Under the pieces are notes generated by a model. That model saw only the letters and a program-made list of their open reading frames with translations. It had not been told where the DNA came from and ran no database searches. This document shows positions 48,049 through 56,924 of a DNA stretch of 64,000 nt, piece by piece (the stretch's first letter is position 1; each line of letters starts with the position of its first letter). Source of the stretch: Candidatus Latescibacterota bacterium (lineage in GTDB: Bacteria; Latescibacterota; UBA2968; GCA-2709665); contig OZ242358.1 of NCBI GenBank assembly GCA_965208835.1, forward strand, positions 2,592,001 through 2,656,000, in the 5' to 3' direction. The translations under genes were made by a program, and so were the position numbers.

Positions 48049-50310
48049 GTGAAGGTACGAATATTGTCAAATCCTCGATTCGAGAAATCCTCGCCCGTGC
48101 CCGGTCTGGGGCTGGAAGGTTACGCCGATGAGATAACCCTTCCGGCCGGAGCGGATGTCGCTTTCAAACTGGGCGGTCCTCCGGGTACCGTCGAGGTAAA
48201 CCTTTCGCGGCTGATTCACGGCGATCCGAATCCTGACGGACCAGGTTACCGGGAAGAACGCGTATCGTGGGGGCAGCCGGAACGGATTGAGGTTTCCCAC
48301 CAGGCGACGGATTATGGTTCGTACGTAGAGATTCCCCACTCCGATACGCTGAATCCGACAGTCGCGTTTACCGTGGGCCTCTGGTTTCAGCCATCGCTGG
48401 GCGGCGGCGGATGGCGGGCCCTCGTCGTGAAGTGGGCGCGCGACAACCTGGCCTACGGGATTTTCTTCGCCGGCGAGCGGTTTCTGACAGCAGCCGTGTC
48501 TCACGACGGGAGGACGGCGCACTGGGCGACTGCCAGAGAGAACATCCACGTTGGCAACTGGCAGTTCGTGGCGTTCTCGTACCGTCCCGATCCGGGCGAA
48601 ATTCGTCTCTATCAGCAGGTTGGAGATACGGCTGGCGTGGTCGAAACCCGATCGTCCCGCGATTCACTGAGTCTTTCGTCGAAAAATGTCGGGACGGGTC
48701 CTGTGTTCGCGGGCAACGCGCCGTTGTTATTCGGCGCCTGTCAGGATCCCGATCGAATCGGCAGCCACTGGGCCCATTTCACGGGAAAGATCGCGCAACC
48801 CGTAATTTTCGGAGCCGCGCTCGACCGCGAAGAGGTCCAGGCGCTTGCAGACGGACAGGACCCGCTGTCTCTCGGTCCCGTTATCGGATGCTGGCATTTC
48901 GGCCTGGAGGTGACGGGCCCCCGGGTCGTCGATCTGTCGGACAACATGAACCATGGGCTTGCCGTCAATGCGCCCGGGCGTGCGGTGACGGGTCCCTTCT
49001 GGAGGGGAATGCCGTCCAGGCTCTATACGGATCGGCCTGACGACTACAACGCGATCTACCTGCACGAAGACGACCTGGAAGATGCAGGGTGGCCGACGTC
49101 ATTTTCGGTTGCGGTACCGCCCGACGCGAGATCCGGCATATATACGCTGCGCGCCGGGACTGATTCGGACACGCTGTTCGTGCCGTTTATCGTGACGTCA
49201 AAGACGCCGCGGTCCGAATTGGCCTTTCTGATTCCCACGCTCACGTGGCAGGCATACGGAAGTAACCGCGCCGCGTACAGCTATACTGAAGACGGCGTAC
49301 TGGACCGTACGCTGTGCACGTACGACGTACACAGCGACGGGTCGATGGTTCACTATTATTCGCGCCTCCAACCCACGCGGGGATGGAATCCGAGCGCGGG
49401 TTTTCAGAACTGGGGGGCGCACAACATCACGGCGAACCTCTACCTGATCGACTGGCTGGAGGCGACGGCGTTCGAATACGAGGTATTGGCGGACGAAGAC
49501 CTTCACCGTGGGGGCGCCGACCTGCTTTCCGGTTACCGATGTGTGGTCATGGGCAGCCATCCCGAATACCACACCGAAACCATGGTCGACAGCCTGGCGG
49601 CGTATGTCCGAAACGGGGGCCGCCTCGTCTATTTGAGCGGCAATGGTCTCTACTGGGTGATGTCCATCGACACCCGGCGGCCACACCTGCTTGAACTTCG
49701 CCGTGGCGGAGAAGGAGACTACGGACCGACGTACGATCCCGCGCCGGGGGAGTCCCAACACAGCACCACACTGGAACTCGGAGGTCTGTGGGCAAGGCGT
49801 GGACGTCCGCCGCGGCGGACGGTCGGAGTGGAACACGCGTCGAACGCCTGGATCGAAGCCGATGAAAAACGAGGATTCCGGAGGCTTCCGTCAAGCATGG
49901 ACCCCAGTTACGCATGGGTGTTCAATGGCGTCGGGCAGGACGAGGTTATCGGAGACTTCGGTCTGAACCTGGGCAGCGCGGCAGGGTTTGAACTGGATGC
50001 CGTGCAGTCCTGGGCGTGGGACCGGTTCACGCCTGAGCCTGTCGTACTTGCCCGGGCGGCGCACCCCGACTTTATCCCGGCCCGGCGCACGCACGTCTCG
50101 CCGACAGCCGACCTGGCAATCATGGACTTTGCCGGGGGAGGCGCGGTTTTTTCCGCTGGATCCGTAACCTGGACGGGCAGCCTTTCCCACAACGGATACG
50201 CGAATAACGTCTCGACGATCACGCGTAACGTGATTCGCCGGTTTCTGGATACGCCCGACGGCCAGACCGTGCTGGAAGATCCCGGTCCAACGTCACCGGT
50301 AAGGGAATGA
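48049..50310 (+). CDS. N,N-dimethylformamidase large (beta) subunit homologue with LamG-like insert
   Basis: RLIHGDPNP.GPG, H.DDL.DAGW, SG.Y, PT.TWQAY, YD.HSDGS, GSHPEY, YL.GNG.YW, GLNLG.AAGFELD, GAVFS.GS. Confidence 0.88.
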   Translation: MKVRILSNPRFEKSSPVPGLGLEGYADEITLPAGADVAFKLGGPPGTVEVNLSRLIHGDPNPDGPGYREERVSWGQPERIEVSHQATDYGSYVEIPHSDTLNPTVAFTVGLWFQPSLGGGGWRALVVKWARDNLAYGIFFAGERFLTAAVSHDGRTAHWATARENIHVGNWQFVAFSYRPDPGEIRLYQQVGDTAGVVETRSSRDSLSLSSKNVGTGPVFAGNAPLLFGACQDPDRIGSHWAHFTGKIAQPVIFGAALDREEVQALADGQDPLSLGPVIGCWHFGLEVTGPRVVDLSDNMNHGLAVNAPGRAVTGPFWRGMPSRLYTDRPDDYNAIYLHEDDLEDAGWPTSFSVAVPPDARSGIYTLRAGTDSDTLFVPFIVTSKTPRSELAFLIPTLTWQAYGSNRAAYSYTEDGVLDRTLCTYDVHSDGSMVHYYSRLQPTRGWNPSAGFQNWGAHNITANLYLIDWLEATAFEYEVLADEDLHRGGADLLSGYRCVVMGSHPEYHTETMVDSLAAYVRNGGRLVYLSGNGLYWVMSIDTRRPHLLELRRGGEGDYGPTYDPAPGESQHSTTLELGGLWARRGRPPRRTVGVEHASNAWIEADEKRGFRRLPSSMDPSYAWVFNGVGQDEVIGDFGLNLGSAAGFELDAVQSWAWDRFTPEPVVLARAAHPDFIPARRTHVSPTADLAIMDFAGGGAVFSAGSVTWTGSLSHNGYANNVSTITRNVIRRFLDTPDGQTVLEDPGPTSPVRE

Positions 50311-50350
50311 ACCCAATGATCAGCCGTGGAAAAACGAAGGACTCATCCCG

Positions 50351-51418
50351 ATGAACGAAAGTGCATCGAAAAACACCCGGGGCCTGTTGCAGCGGCTTGA
50401 CGAAGACGCGGTGATATGCGCCGAGGGGTACCTGTTTGAACTCGAGCGCCGGGGGTATCTGCAGGCGGGGCCATACGTGCCGGAGGTCGTACTCGAGCAT
50501 CCTGAGGTCGTGGCCGGGCTGCATCGCGAATTCTGGCGGGCGGGCACCGACGTGATCGAGGCGTTTACATACTACGGGCACCGCGAAAAACTGCGCATCA
50601 TCGGCAGGGAACACCTTCTGGAGCCGCTGCAGAAGAACGCGTTGTCAATCGCGCAGTCGGTCGCCGCCTCCGTCGATGGAGAACGCCCGCTGGTTGCAGG
50701 CAACATCTGCAATACCAACATTTGGGATCCGGCCGATCGCAAAACCGAAGGGCAGGTTGCGGCGATGTTCGACGAGCAGGTGGCCTGGGCGGCCGAGGCG
50801 GGCGTGGATTTCATGATCGCAGAGACATTCTCCTTTTTCGGGGAGGCTGCGCTGGCGCTGGCGTCCATCAGACGCGCCGGCATGCCGGCTGTCGTCACGT
50901 TCGCACACCATCGCGAGGAAGGATTGAGGGATGGCGTCCTGCTGGATGAGGCCGCAATTCGACTTGAACAGGCAGGCGCTGACGTCGTGGGGGTGAATTG
51001 CACCAGGGGACCGCGGACCATGCTACCCGACGTTGAACGCATCCGGCGTTCTGTGTCCTGCCACGTGGCGGCATTGCCGGTACCGTATCGTACGACAGAT
51101 GAGCAACCGACGTTTCAGTCGCTCGTGGAAACGGACTCCCATAGTCCGCCGGAGGGAGGTTCGTTTCCCACGGCGCTGGATCCCTTTTCATGCCACAGGT
51201 ATGAGATGGCCGCGTTTGCCCGTAAAGCGTTCGAAATGGGCGTGCGGTACCTGGGCGTCTGCTGCGGAGCAGGGCCACACCACGTCAGATCGATCGCGGA
51301 AGCGCTGGGACGGCGTCCGCCCGCCAGCAGGTACTCTCCGGATATGTCCAGGCACTATGCGCTGGGCAGCGATGCCAGGCTCAGGCGTCACAACCAGGAG
51401 TTCGTGGACAAGCTGTGA
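50351..51418 (+). CDS. Betaine-homocysteine S-methyltransferase-like protein
   Basis: EGYLFELERRGY, AG.DV..AFTYY, AET, VNC.RGP, FP..LDP, GVCCG. Confidence 0.9.
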   Translation: MNESASKNTRGLLQRLDEDAVICAEGYLFELERRGYLQAGPYVPEVVLEHPEVVAGLHREFWRAGTDVIEAFTYYGHREKLRIIGREHLLEPLQKNALSIAQSVAASVDGERPLVAGNICNTNIWDPADRKTEGQVAAMFDEQVAWAAEAGVDFMIAETFSFFGEAALALASIRRAGMPAVVTFAHHREEGLRDGVLLDEAAIRLEQAGADVVGVNCTRGPRTMLPDVERIRRSVSCHVAALPVPYRTTDEQPTFQSLVETDSHSPPEGGSFPTALDPFSCHRYEMAAFARKAFEMGVRYLGVCCGAGPHHVRSIAEALGRRPPASRYSPDMSRHYALGSDARLRRHNQEFVDKL

Positions 51419-51506
51419 GGAGCCCGGCGGCCGGTTCCAGCCCGTAATGGCGTGACTCTCCGGACGTCGCGGCGAATCCGGGAATCGACCAGGAGCCCAA
51501 GAGTCC

Positions 51507-53108
51507 ATGCGATCCTGTGCGGCCGCAATCGCGGAAACCCTGCACGAAGGCGGGGTACGGTACGTTTTCGGCCACCCCGGCGGCGAGGTGGTGGACCTGA
51601 TCGAGGCGCTGGAGAAGGCCGGGATCCGATTCGTACTGACCGGCCATGAGGCCGCCGCAGCCTTTATGGCGAGCACCGTCGGACGCCTCACGGGGACGCC
51701 TGGCGTCTGCCTTGCGACACTTGGCCCGGGCGCCTGCAATCTGGTGCTGGGCGTCGGCGCCGCGTACCTCGACAGAGACCCGATACTGGCCCTATCCGCG
51801 CGCAGCCCGGCATCCCGGTCCGTGGTCAGTCAGAAGCAGAATCTGTCGCTCAATGAATTGTTCGGTCCCGTCTGCAAATGGTCGGTCGACCTTTCGAAAA
51901 CAGGCGTTCGGGAAACGATAACGTCCGCTTTGAGGGTCTCGACCGCCGCGCCGGCCGGGCCGGTATACCTCACGATACCGAATGACGTCGCCGTGGACCG
52001 CGCGTCCCGTGGCGAGGGAGCGTCCACGCCGGACCTGACTTGCGGGCACAGCGGGAGTCTCGACGCGATAGCGGCGGTATTGAACAGGGCTGAACGTCCT
52101 GTGGGCATTGTGGGCGTCGCGCTGGACGCCACGCGGGATTCCGCTGCGGTGCGCCGGTTTTTTTCTCAGTCGCAGATTCCCTACGTCGTGCTGCCGCAGG
52201 CGAAGGGTATCGCCGATGAGTTCGGTCCGGGGTATCTGGGCACGGTGGCGTCGGCCGCGGGAGACGCTGTTCTCGTGAATCTGATAAGGAGGAGCGATTG
52301 CCTTCTGGGGGTGGGTTTCGATCCGGTTGAATCCGCCCAGGACTGGCATCTTCGTCAGCCGGTTTTCTCTCTGGCAGGCTGCTCGATTGCCTTTGGCGAC
52401 TTCATGCCGGCTTCGGAGTGTGTGGGCGACGTCACAATTCTTCTGGATCGCCTGCTCGAAGCATATAAGACGCGCGCTTCGTGGACGGCCGCCGACTTTC
52501 GCGGCGCGAGGCAGGGTGTCGCGGATGCGATCTGTCCCGTCACGGATGCCGGCGCCAATGGGCTTTCCCCGTTCCATCTGGTGCGTGAGTTACACGAAAC
52601 GCTGCCCGATGAGACCATTCTTTCCGTCGACGTCGGCGCGCACAAGATGCTGGTCTCGCAGGTCTGGCGGGCGGCTTCGCCAGGGACGTTCCTGACGTCA
52701 AACGGCCTTTCCGCGATGGGGTACGGTCTGCCGTCGGCGCTGGCGGCGGCGCTCATACGGACCGGCCGACCGGTGGCGGGCGTATTCGGCGACGCCGGTT
52801 TCGCAATGATGGTCCAGGAACTGGAAACCGCGCGACGGCTTGGGCTGCGTCCGTTGCTCGTGGTGATGTGCGACCGGTCTCTGGCAATTGTCAAGGTCGC
52901 CCAGGCCATGCGTAACATCCCGTTTCGCGGCGTGGATTTCCTGCCGGTGGATTGGGCGAGGGTGGCTGAAGGCTTTGGCGCAAGGGGGGTGACCGTGACG
53001 ACACTGGAGGAAGTGCGGCGGACCGGAGAGGCCTGGCTGGAGAAGCCGGAGTTGACGGTCGTGGCTGCCCGGGTGGACGAGGAGCTATATGCAGGAATGG
53101 AATACTAG
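51507..53108 (+). CDS. Thiamine diphosphate-dependent enzyme (ALS-like family)
   Basis: VFGHPGGE, HE..AAFMA, TLGPG, DVGAH, MGYGLP, GDAG. Confidence 0.9.
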   Translation: MRSCAAAIAETLHEGGVRYVFGHPGGEVVDLIEALEKAGIRFVLTGHEAAAAFMASTVGRLTGTPGVCLATLGPGACNLVLGVGAAYLDRDPILALSARSPASRSVVSQKQNLSLNELFGPVCKWSVDLSKTGVRETITSALRVSTAAPAGPVYLTIPNDVAVDRASRGEGASTPDLTCGHSGSLDAIAAVLNRAERPVGIVGVALDATRDSAAVRRFFSQSQIPYVVLPQAKGIADEFGPGYLGTVASAAGDAVLVNLIRRSDCLLGVGFDPVESAQDWHLRQPVFSLAGCSIAFGDFMPASECVGDVTILLDRLLEAYKTRASWTAADFRGARQGVADAICPVTDAGANGLSPFHLVRELHETLPDETILSVDVGAHKMLVSQVWRAASPGTFLTSNGLSAMGYGLPSALAAALIRTGRPVAGVFGDAGFAMMVQELETARRLGLRPLLVVMCDRSLAIVKVAQAMRNIPFRGVDFLPVDWARVAEGFGARGVTVTTLEEVRRTGEAWLEKPELTVVAARVDEELYAGMEY

Positions 53109-53152
53109 CATTTTTGGCGCCGGAGCGCCGCAGACGTGAATGTGAGGCAACC

Positions 53153-54490
53153 GTGCGGATACCCGAACACACGACATATCTGATTATCGGCGCCGGGGTT
53201 CACGGTCTGAGTACCGGCTATCACCTGGCGCGGGCGTTGAAGAGCCGGCGCAGAGCTTCCCGGTCCGATGTGCTGATCGTGGACAAGAAGGGGGTGGCTG
53301 CGGGGGCTTCCGGCATCGCCTGCGGCGTCATCCGCAATAACTATTTCCAACCGGCCATGCGCGAACTGATGGCGCACAGCGTCGACATTTGGGAGACCGA
53401 TCCGGAGGCGTTCAGCTACCATCCCGTCGGCTACATGCAGATCAGCCCCGAGTCCATGCATGAGGACGTTGCCAGCATCGCACAACAACAGCGCGAAATT
53501 GGTTACAAATCGGAGTTTATAGAGGGTGACGCGGACTGCCTGAAATATATGCGGCATTTGTTTCACGACTGGCAGGCGAAGGGAATTACGTCTGTTCTCC
53601 ATGAAAAGCGAGGGGGGTACGCCAACAACCGAGCGTCGATGACGGGCCTGGCCGCCAAGGCCGGGAGCGAAGGCGTCAGGATTCTGGAAGGCGTCGAGGT
53701 CACCGGATTCCGATTCGATGGAGGGGCGGTCTCCGCCGTGGAAACGGATCGCGGCGTGATCCGGGCGGACGAGGTCGTTGTCGCCGCGGGGCCGTGGGCA
53801 AAGCTGCTCTGGGACATGCTGAATCTGCCGGAATCGGTGACCATCAAGGGTTCTGACGGGGCATTGCACCACGATATTCCGATGTGGAGTTACTGGTGTC
53901 TACAGGAAGGTACGCTCGGCGTCAACCCCGATTTTCTCAAGACCAACGACGGCAGGATGCCTCCGGTGATTCATCTGGACACGGACGCGCCTCTGTATTC
54001 GGACGTAGACGGTTCGTTGATTACCGATCGCCTGTGGGGCATCTACTACAAACCCGATTTCCACTTCGGGGGTGTTCAGGGCGGGGCAATGCCCTACCGG
54101 GTCGAGAGACCTCCGGACGACGTGGCTGTGGACCCCTATGGACCGGAATCCCCCGATTTCATCGTGGGCGAGCAGTTCGCCCATCAGTGGTGTTCCGCGC
54201 TGGCATTCTGTCACAAGCGGTTTGAAGGAAAGTCATCGCTCTTCAAGAAAGAGCCGTCCGGAGGCATTGGCGCGTTTACACCCGACAGTTTCCCGGTATT
54301 CGACCGGTTTCACCAGAACTGCTACTTCATTGCGGACTCGAATCACGGATACAAGATGATCGGGGTGGGCAGGCTGGTGGCCGAGGAACTCCTGGGCAAG
54401 TCCACGCGTCTGCTGGCGCCGTTCCGCTTTTCCCGCTATGCCAAGGGAAGGCTCCATCCGGTATCCAACAGTCCGTTCCCCTGGAGTTGA
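53153..54490 (+). CDS. FAD-dependent oxidoreductase, N-methylglutamate dehydrogenase subunit A / sarcosine oxidase beta-like
   Basis: IGAGVHGLST, GASGIACGVIRNNYFQPAM, FTPDSFP, DSNHGYKMIG, SNSPFPWS. Confidence 0.85.
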   Translation: MRIPEHTTYLIIGAGVHGLSTGYHLARALKSRRRASRSDVLIVDKKGVAAGASGIACGVIRNNYFQPAMRELMAHSVDIWETDPEAFSYHPVGYMQISPESMHEDVASIAQQQREIGYKSEFIEGDADCLKYMRHLFHDWQAKGITSVLHEKRGGYANNRASMTGLAAKAGSEGVRILEGVEVTGFRFDGGAVSAVETDRGVIRADEVVVAAGPWAKLLWDMLNLPESVTIKGSDGALHHDIPMWSYWCLQEGTLGVNPDFLKTNDGRMPPVIHLDTDAPLYSDVDGSLITDRLWGIYYKPDFHFGGVQGGAMPYRVERPPDDVAVDPYGPESPDFIVGEQFAHQWCSALAFCHKRFEGKSSLFKKEPSGGIGAFTPDSFPVFDRFHQNCYFIADSNHGYKMIGVGRLVAEELLGKSTRLLAPFRFSRYAKGRLHPVSNSPFPWS

Positions 54491-54657
54491 GCGTTCACCG
54501 GGCCTGTCCGGACACGATCATTTCGCGCAGCGCACCCGGGGTGTTGACCGGTCAGTCATTGAGGACGACATCCCGGTGAAGAGATCTTCGGTAAAACCCT
54601 GTTCCTGCATGTCACGGTCGTAAAGCGCATTTCCCGGGACGGCAGACGGAAAGTTCA

Positions 54658-55905
54658 ATGATGTCTCGACCCGACGTTCGGCGCCGAATGCGCATCAGGC
54701 ATACGGACTGGGGCGACGCCGTGCGTATCGATCTCAATCAGCTGGGTTCGCGACTGCCCGCGCAAGGTATCCAGGGCGCAACATGGTCCGAGGAGGCCGG
54801 CGAGGCATTGCGCGACGAATGGGCCGAATCCCAGAACGTGGCGCTTTGCGACACATTGACGGAGGTCGCCGCCCGTCTCGGCGGGAATTTCGATTCCTTT
54901 GCCGAGTGGACGGTCTTGCACAACAGGCGGTACGACGGCACCCATATGCGGAGTGAACGGCGGGCGCGGTTCGGCCCCGGGTACCGCGCGGCGATTACGA
55001 CGCTCGGCTGGGCGCATCCGAGTGCAAACCTTTCCACGTGCATCCAGGCGGTTGGTTACGTGCCGAAAGCCCGCGCGACGTTTCAGCAGACCATGTGGCG
55101 GCCGGAATCATTGTACGATACCGAGTTCATGGCACTCGCCCCCGCCGTTGTGACCCGATTCGGCGGAGGCCGGCAGATCCATCTTTCGGGCGTTGTCGCA
55201 TGGGACGAGGGGATCAACCCGCTGTTCAAAGGACAACCTGAACGCCAGATCCGCCACGTGTTCGACCTCATCCAGGGCGTTTTTGAGGAGGGAGGCGGCA
55301 CGCTGGCCGACGTCGTGCGCCTCCGTCCCTTCGCCCACTGTCCAAAGATCGCGCGCCTTATCCGTGAGGAAGTGGAACGGCGCTGGGCAGGCCGTCCGCG
55401 ACCGGTCGTGATGATGTCTGACAGCCGGAGTTTTGGCGATCCGCCCAGCCTGTACGCGGAAATACAGGTCATGGGGGTCCTTTCCGACAACGACGGCGTG
55501 CGGCACTCGGAAACGCAGCCGCCTGCCGGAATCCCGGATGAGGGCGCCTTGCGGATTCGCAGCAGCCGCGTTCGCGACTGGGAACTGGTCCAAGTGGGCG
55601 AATTGAGGGCACCCCCGGGCGAGCGGCCGGACCTGGAGGCGGAACGCGTTACGGAACAGTTGGCGACCGTCCTCGAACGGGTGTCGCTTTCGCCGAAGGA
55701 TGTCTGTCTGACATTTGCCTATGTCAGTTCACCGGAATCCGCCGCGGCTTTCTCGGCAGTTGCCTCTCGAGCCGTGCCGTCGGATACGGTGCACGTGTTG
55801 CCGTGCCCCGCAATGCCTGAGCTGGATACGCGCAATATCAAGGTGGAGTTGACGGCAGGAAGACGCCTGGATCCCGTCTCGACGACGAAGTCGAACAATC
55901 CCTGA
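54658..55905 (+). CDS. Multi-domain Rid (YjgF/UK114)-like protein
   Basis: Central IHLSG..., Q...VF..I...GG.LADVVRL, EIQ; degenerate C-terminal unit (L..V.LS.KDV, IKVE). Confidence 0.6.
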   Translation: MMSRPDVRRRMRIRHTDWGDAVRIDLNQLGSRLPAQGIQGATWSEEAGEALRDEWAESQNVALCDTLTEVAARLGGNFDSFAEWTVLHNRRYDGTHMRSERRARFGPGYRAAITTLGWAHPSANLSTCIQAVGYVPKARATFQQTMWRPESLYDTEFMALAPAVVTRFGGGRQIHLSGVVAWDEGINPLFKGQPERQIRHVFDLIQGVFEEGGGTLADVVRLRPFAHCPKIARLIREEVERRWAGRPRPVVMMSDSRSFGDPPSLYAEIQVMGVLSDNDGVRHSETQPPAGIPDEGALRIRSSRVRDWELVQVGELRAPPGERPDLEAERVTEQLATVLERVSLSPKDVCLTFAYVSSPESAAAFSAVASRAVPSDTVHVLPCPAMPELDTRNIKVELTAGRRLDPVSTTKSNNP

Positions 55906-56030
55906 CCGCACAGGCGGCAAGGGGCCGTTCCGCGCGTTTTCTTACGTACAGGTCAGGAACGATCTTCACCGCTGATCGGTCTAATTCATAAAGCACGTTT
56001 TTCCCTCTGTACCCTGATGAGGGGCCTGAA

Positions 56031-56921
56031 ATGCGCATCGTTGCGACCGGCTTGACGAAAATCTATCCGAAGGGGACCGTGCCCGCGCTGGACAGCGTGG
56101 ACCTGGAGATCGGAAAGGGAACATTCGGCCTGCTCGGGCCGAACGGCGCGGGAAAAACCACGCTCATCAAGATTCTTTCAACTCAAATGGCGCCGACATC
56201 CGGCCGTGTCAGCATCGGTACGTGGGATCTGCAGCGGAACCGCTCCGATGTGCGTCGCAGCCTGGGATATCTTCCGCAACACTTCGGGTCGTACCCGCAA
56301 CTGACGGCGTGGGAATTCATGGACTATATGGACCGGCTGGCGACGGGCCGGCGCAGGAACGGCAGAAAGGCGCGGGTGCGCGACGCACTTGAGAACGTGG
56401 GGCTCTACGAAGCGCGCGACCGCCGGACGGGTACGTTTTCCGGGGGGATGATGCGGCGTCTCGGGATCGCTCAAGCCATCGTCGGCGATCCGGAAATCCT
56501 GGTTGTTGACGAGCCCACGGTGGGACTCGATCCGGAAGAACGCATACGCTTCCGGGGGATCCTCGCGCGGTTGAGTCGGGACAGGGCAATCCTGATCTCC
56601 ACCCATATCGTGGGTGACATTTCGAGTACCTGTGATGACCTGGCGGTGCTGAATGCAGGACGGATCGTCTACAGGGGATCTCCGGAGGCACTGGTTACTC
56701 GCGCCGAAGGCAAGACCTGGCGCGTGCAGGCGGATGATGCCGAATTCGAAACGATATCCCAACGGTTTCTGGTTGTGACGGTCGCCGTGGACGGAGGCCG
56801 GATGGATCTCAGGTTCGTGGGCGATGGTCCGCCGCCGGCCCAGGCGGAACCGGTCTCGCCAAATCTCGAAGACGCGTACGTCTATTTTATGGGCATGGAG
56901 AATGCGGAAGGGGCTGCGTAG
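56031..56921 (+). CDS. ABC exporter ATP-binding protein
   Basis: [36 protein letters not shown]. Confidence 0.95.
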   Translation: MRIVATGLTKIYPKGTVPALDSVDLEIGKGTFGLLGPNGAGKTTLIKILSTQMAPTSGRVSIGTWDLQRNRSDVRRSLGYLPQHFGSYPQLTAWEFMDYMDRLATGRRRNGRKARVRDALENVGLYEARDRRTGTFSGGMMRRLGIAQAIVGDPEILVVDEPTVGLDPEERIRFRGILARLSRDRAILISTHIVGDISSTCDDLAVLNAGRIVYRGSPEALVTRAEGKTWRVQADDAEFETISQRFLVVTVAVDGGRMDLRFVGDGPPPAQAEPVSPNLEDAYVYFMGMENAEGAA

Positions 56922-56924
56922 GCC

